From Amoebophrya sp. A120 (taxonomy: Eukaryota; Protista; Dinoflagellata): a stretch of 64,000 bases of DNA. Shown here piece after piece: positions 60,858 to 64,000 of the stretch. The stretch's first letter is position 1, and every line of letters begins with the position of its first letter. Below the pieces are notes generated by a model that saw only the letters and a program-made list of their open reading frames with translations, was not told the DNA's origin and did not search any database. Location: the NCBI GenBank assembly GCA_905178155.1, contig CAJINV010000001.1, forward strand, positions 13,266,635 to 13,330,634, given 5' to 3'. A program made the translations under genes and the position numbers.

Positions 60858-63800
60858 TCACAACAGTTCCGACGGCACCCCGCGCTTTCCAAACTTCTGC
60901 AAGGCTGTCATGATCCGCAGTAGCGCCCCCGGTGCGGCGGACTTCGTTTCTACCGCCGCAGTCGATGCTGCTTGCTTCGATGGGCTGGATTTCTGCTTCG
61001 CCGACCGTAGCAGACTCTCCCGACTAATGCGCATGGACGGCGACAGACTGCGGAAGGAATTCATGCTTGTTCGCACAGGTGTTGAAGCAGGCTCAGCAGT
61101 TGTGCTTTCCGTTATTTTCTGCTGCTCCTCCTCGCCACTGCTAGCCGTTGTCGTGACCAGTTCCCCAAATTCGGACTTCCAGGCCTCCTCCACAAGCGGG
61201 AACTTATGCAGGTGCTCTTGCACGACGGAGCTGTCGAACCGCTCGAGCGCCGACAGCCCCCCGCGAACCTCCTCCACGGACGGGGGCGGGGGGTCGAGCT
61301 TCTTCTGCTTCGGTTTCAGCCAGTCCGGCATCTCGTCGTAGACCCGCTCGTTCTGCACGCGGATCAGCTTTTCCCGGACCGGTGGCACGAGCGCGAGTTG
61401 CAGGTTGTTCGCCTCCGGTTCCTCCACCTCGTCTACAATTGGAGATAAAAGTTTGTAGTCCACGTCGTCTTCGGCGAAACTGGAGCCAATTTCCTTCACG
61501 GAGTCAATCACCTCCTTCTCCTCCTCGATGGTCAGCGGCCGCGGCTTCGGCGGCTTGAAGGGCAACTTCGCGCGCGTCGGTTTTTTCGCGGACTTCACCC
61601 GATGCTGCGTGAACGCCTTTCCTAATTGCGCCATCGGGATCACGGAGCGCGGTCGTTCCAGTTTCTTCTTCGTCACCGCCGGCGGCGGCTCGATGCGCAC
61701 CACCGCGGGCGAGGAGACCGCGCGCTTGTACTTCTTCGTGTCAACGATCGGGTGGGCCGGGAAATCCTCCGCACGTATGGCGCTCTCAACTGTTACATTC
61801 TCAACTGTTACATGATTTGTCATGCAAATTTACCACCAAGATCGCCACGATTAAGCTGCTTCGCATGACAAACATCCGAAGGGCTAAACAGGATCTAAAT
61901 CTGTGCCAAATCTGTAATGCAAAAGGCGCATCCTTCCTCCTTTCACTTTCGCCGTTCTTGCATTACAAATCCACGTAACAGTTGAGAATGTAACGTTTGA
62001 GAACGCCATAGCACGGTAAACGTCCTTTGAATACGCCGTCCAGAAACAGCGCGGGGAAACCAACTCGACACCCTTGCCCGGTATGGAACTGTCAGGATCG
62101 AAATCGACAAAATCGAAAAATTTGTAATGCGTGAAATGTAGAGCACGTATGGCCTGTGTTGGGGAGCAAGCAAATGAGACCGGTGGCAAGCCTGTTTAGG
62201 GGAAGGCGTTGCGCTGCCAGAGTACCATGACAGGAGCAGTCTTCTTTGCCCAAACAGCATGACAGACTGGATTTTAGTGCTTCCGAAATTTGTCATGCGC
62301 CACTTGGAAACTGAGGCTCCAACTGGTATCGATTTTATGCATCACAAGTTTTTCGATTTTGTCGATTTCGATTCTGACACTTCCATACCCGGACTTGGGT
62401 TGTTAAAACCAATCACATACGCCGGATCCTGCAGGAGATAAACCTCGATTTCCTCGTCCGGACAGAACTGCTTGAAAGTATGGAGTCTGCGGTTGTTCAG
62501 CGACCAGAGTGATCCGTCCTTCTCGTTTCGAATCACCCAGATTTTCGGAATGTCGCGCACCTGCGTGACGCCCTGGTCCAGCTCGTTCAAAGTCTGGTAG
62601 ATGGACCGCCCGTCGTGGAATCGAGTCCGGATGCTGCCCTGCGTGAAGTTGATGTTTTTCGGTTTTTCCCAAATCACCACTTTGAGAACCTTCCTAACCG
62701 GCGCCTTGTAGACCGGCGTGGGACTGAGCGACGCAGCGGCGGAACGCGCTCGTGAAGTAGAACGCCGCGGAGTTTGGAGCACTTGCAGTTCGGAAGATTT
62801 CTTGTCGTCTGTGAGCGTTTCGTGGCCAGAGTTTTCTGCGATGCTGGCATCGGCCTTGTTTTCCTTCTCAACACGAAGCGCGATGTCGCTTTTCGTCACG
62901 CGGAGCGCGTGGTCTTGCGGATCGGCTGTCCTGTTGCTTGTTTCCGGTTTCGTTTTGCTGACACCCTGCAATCGCAGTTGGTCCAAGACAGGCACAACCG
63001 GATTTGCTCGATACTGCTGATCGTTGAAGGCTGAGTGTCCCCCCTGCGACGTGATTCGGGACGCGGCCACCGGAACTTGGGCCTCTGGGGGAATGTGCGT
63101 CTGATGCGGCTGATACACAGCCGGGAGCGGTTTCATCTCGTCGCCTGCCATCAGGCTGCTGAGCATGGTGAACTGGGCAGGCTGCAGCGCACTCATCATG
63201 ATCCGGTTTTGCGTTGCAACCACCTGCGCACTCTGCGCACGCCGCATCTGCCGCTTCTTGGCCTCGACGTCGTCCTGCATCACTACTATATCACGGTTTT
63301 CGTCCGACTGCTCTTCTTCTGACGTCGTGTTCGGCGCGGTGGTTGTGCCATTCACACCCCCTCCCGCTTGTGCTGCTGAACTCGGTCGCAATGCAGATTG
63401 CCCTTGGACGTACGTATTTTGATGCTGGCTCACCATCTTGATGTGTTTCCAAGCAGTTTTGCTCTTGTCTTCTTTGGTTTTCGAAGGTGATGGCGCTGCA
63501 CTACCAGACGCTGAACTTGACGACACCGCCCCAGCAGACTGCGGTCGTGATTTCCGACCACCAGTAGACGCTGCGGGTCTACCCGTTGTCACAGACTGCC
63601 GCTTCAAGCTAGTACCGAGAAACAGGTCCGAGCTGTATCCAAGCGCTGCAAGTTTCTCTTCGGTGAAGGCGGCGATGGAAAAGTCCTCCTGCTCTAGGCT
63701 GCTGTGCTGCCTATCCTTATCGTTATTCCTCTCTCGCGTTGTCGTAACTTTCGTACCGTCCTGCCGCTCAATGACGTACTCTTCATCGGTCGGCGTTTCA

Positions 63801-63940
63801 TCGCTGACGGTCACGATTTCATCCGGAACCAAATCACTGTAGTCTGACGGAGAGGAGAGTGGCTTGTCCATGTTCGCAATATGAAGCGGAGTCGTCTGCG
63901 GCAAGCGCACCGTGCGCGGAAGCGCCGGGCGGGCAGACAT
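60858..63940 (-). CDS. Low-complexity protein with a central ParB/Srx-like domain; two introners
   Basis: INFTQGSIRTRFHDGRSIYQTLNEL..DIPKIWVI..LWSLNNRRLHTFK. Joins NNPSPGKGVELVSPRCFWTAYSKDVYRAEDFPAHP after both introners are removed. Confidence 0.75.
61776..62010. mobile_element. Introner-like TIR element, family E (235 bp), TSD GCACG
   Basis: TATGGCGCTCTCAACTGTTACATTCTCAACTGTTAC...GTAACAGTTGAGAATGTAACGTTTGAGAACGCCATA. GCACG at 61771-61775 and 62011-62015. Confidence 0.92.
62082..62387. mobile_element. Introner-like TIR element, family F (306 bp), TSD CCCGG
   Basis: TATGGAACTGTCAGGATCGAAATCGACAAAATCGAAAAA...TTTTTCGATTTTGTCGATTTCGATTCTGACACTTCCATA. CCCGG at 62077-62081 and 62388-62392. Confidence 0.92.
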
Positions 63941-64000
63941 CGCCTTTCGCTTTGAGTCGTTTTTTTTTGACGATGTTGCTGCATTCTTTTCAGCCCCTGG

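Noticed and set aside
916-63842. Numerous plus-strand ORFs (e.g. 916..1905, 5678..6385, 20258..21094, 28239..28988, 42651..43442)
   Set aside because: They are antisense shadows of GC-rich minus-strand genes and show no recognisable motifs.
1-64000. Dinoflagellate spliced-leader relics (CCGTAGCCATTTTGGCTCAAG), tRNA/rRNA genes, autonomous transposase ORF
   Set aside because: None recognised by eye; degenerate copies could have been missed without a search.

Overview
Compact eukaryotic genomic DNA with no prokaryotic operons, rRNA, tRNA or CRISPR arrays seen. All of the ~20 gene models I can support lie on the minus strand. Many have short GT-AG introns; non-canonical TIR-bounded intervening elements also occur. 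This combination strongly resembles the parasitic dinoflagellate Amoebophrya (Syndiniales); the taxon is my inference. Recognisable genes: C2H2 zinc-finger protein, MSS116/RH31-like DEAD-box helicase, degenerate 2OG-Fe(II) oxygenase-like protein, reticulon, RPA12, ERD2/KDEL-receptor-like protein, two methyltransferases, discoidin-domain multi-TM protein, beta-carbonic anhydrase, ABCB1/MDR transporter and a ParB/Srx-like domain protein. The main signal is 13 introner-like elements (177-532 bp), all inside coding sequence. They are bounded by TAT...ATA terminal inverted repeats (one ends GTA) and 5-bp target-site duplications (one imperfect). Removing an element plus one TSD copy fuses the flanking ORF pieces in frame in every case. 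The TIRs fall into several unrelated families, yet nearly all elements carry multiple copies of one internal motif, (T/C)TGTNATGC. In the three 252-bp copies this motif sits at identical, roughly helically phased offsets between divergent spacers. The TIR arms show compensatory co-variation, elements occur in both orientations, and 9/13 TSDs start with G on the sense strand, which creates ATA-G 3' junctions. Also present are a nested insertion within one introner and an orphan AP2-domain reading frame that the ORF track missed.
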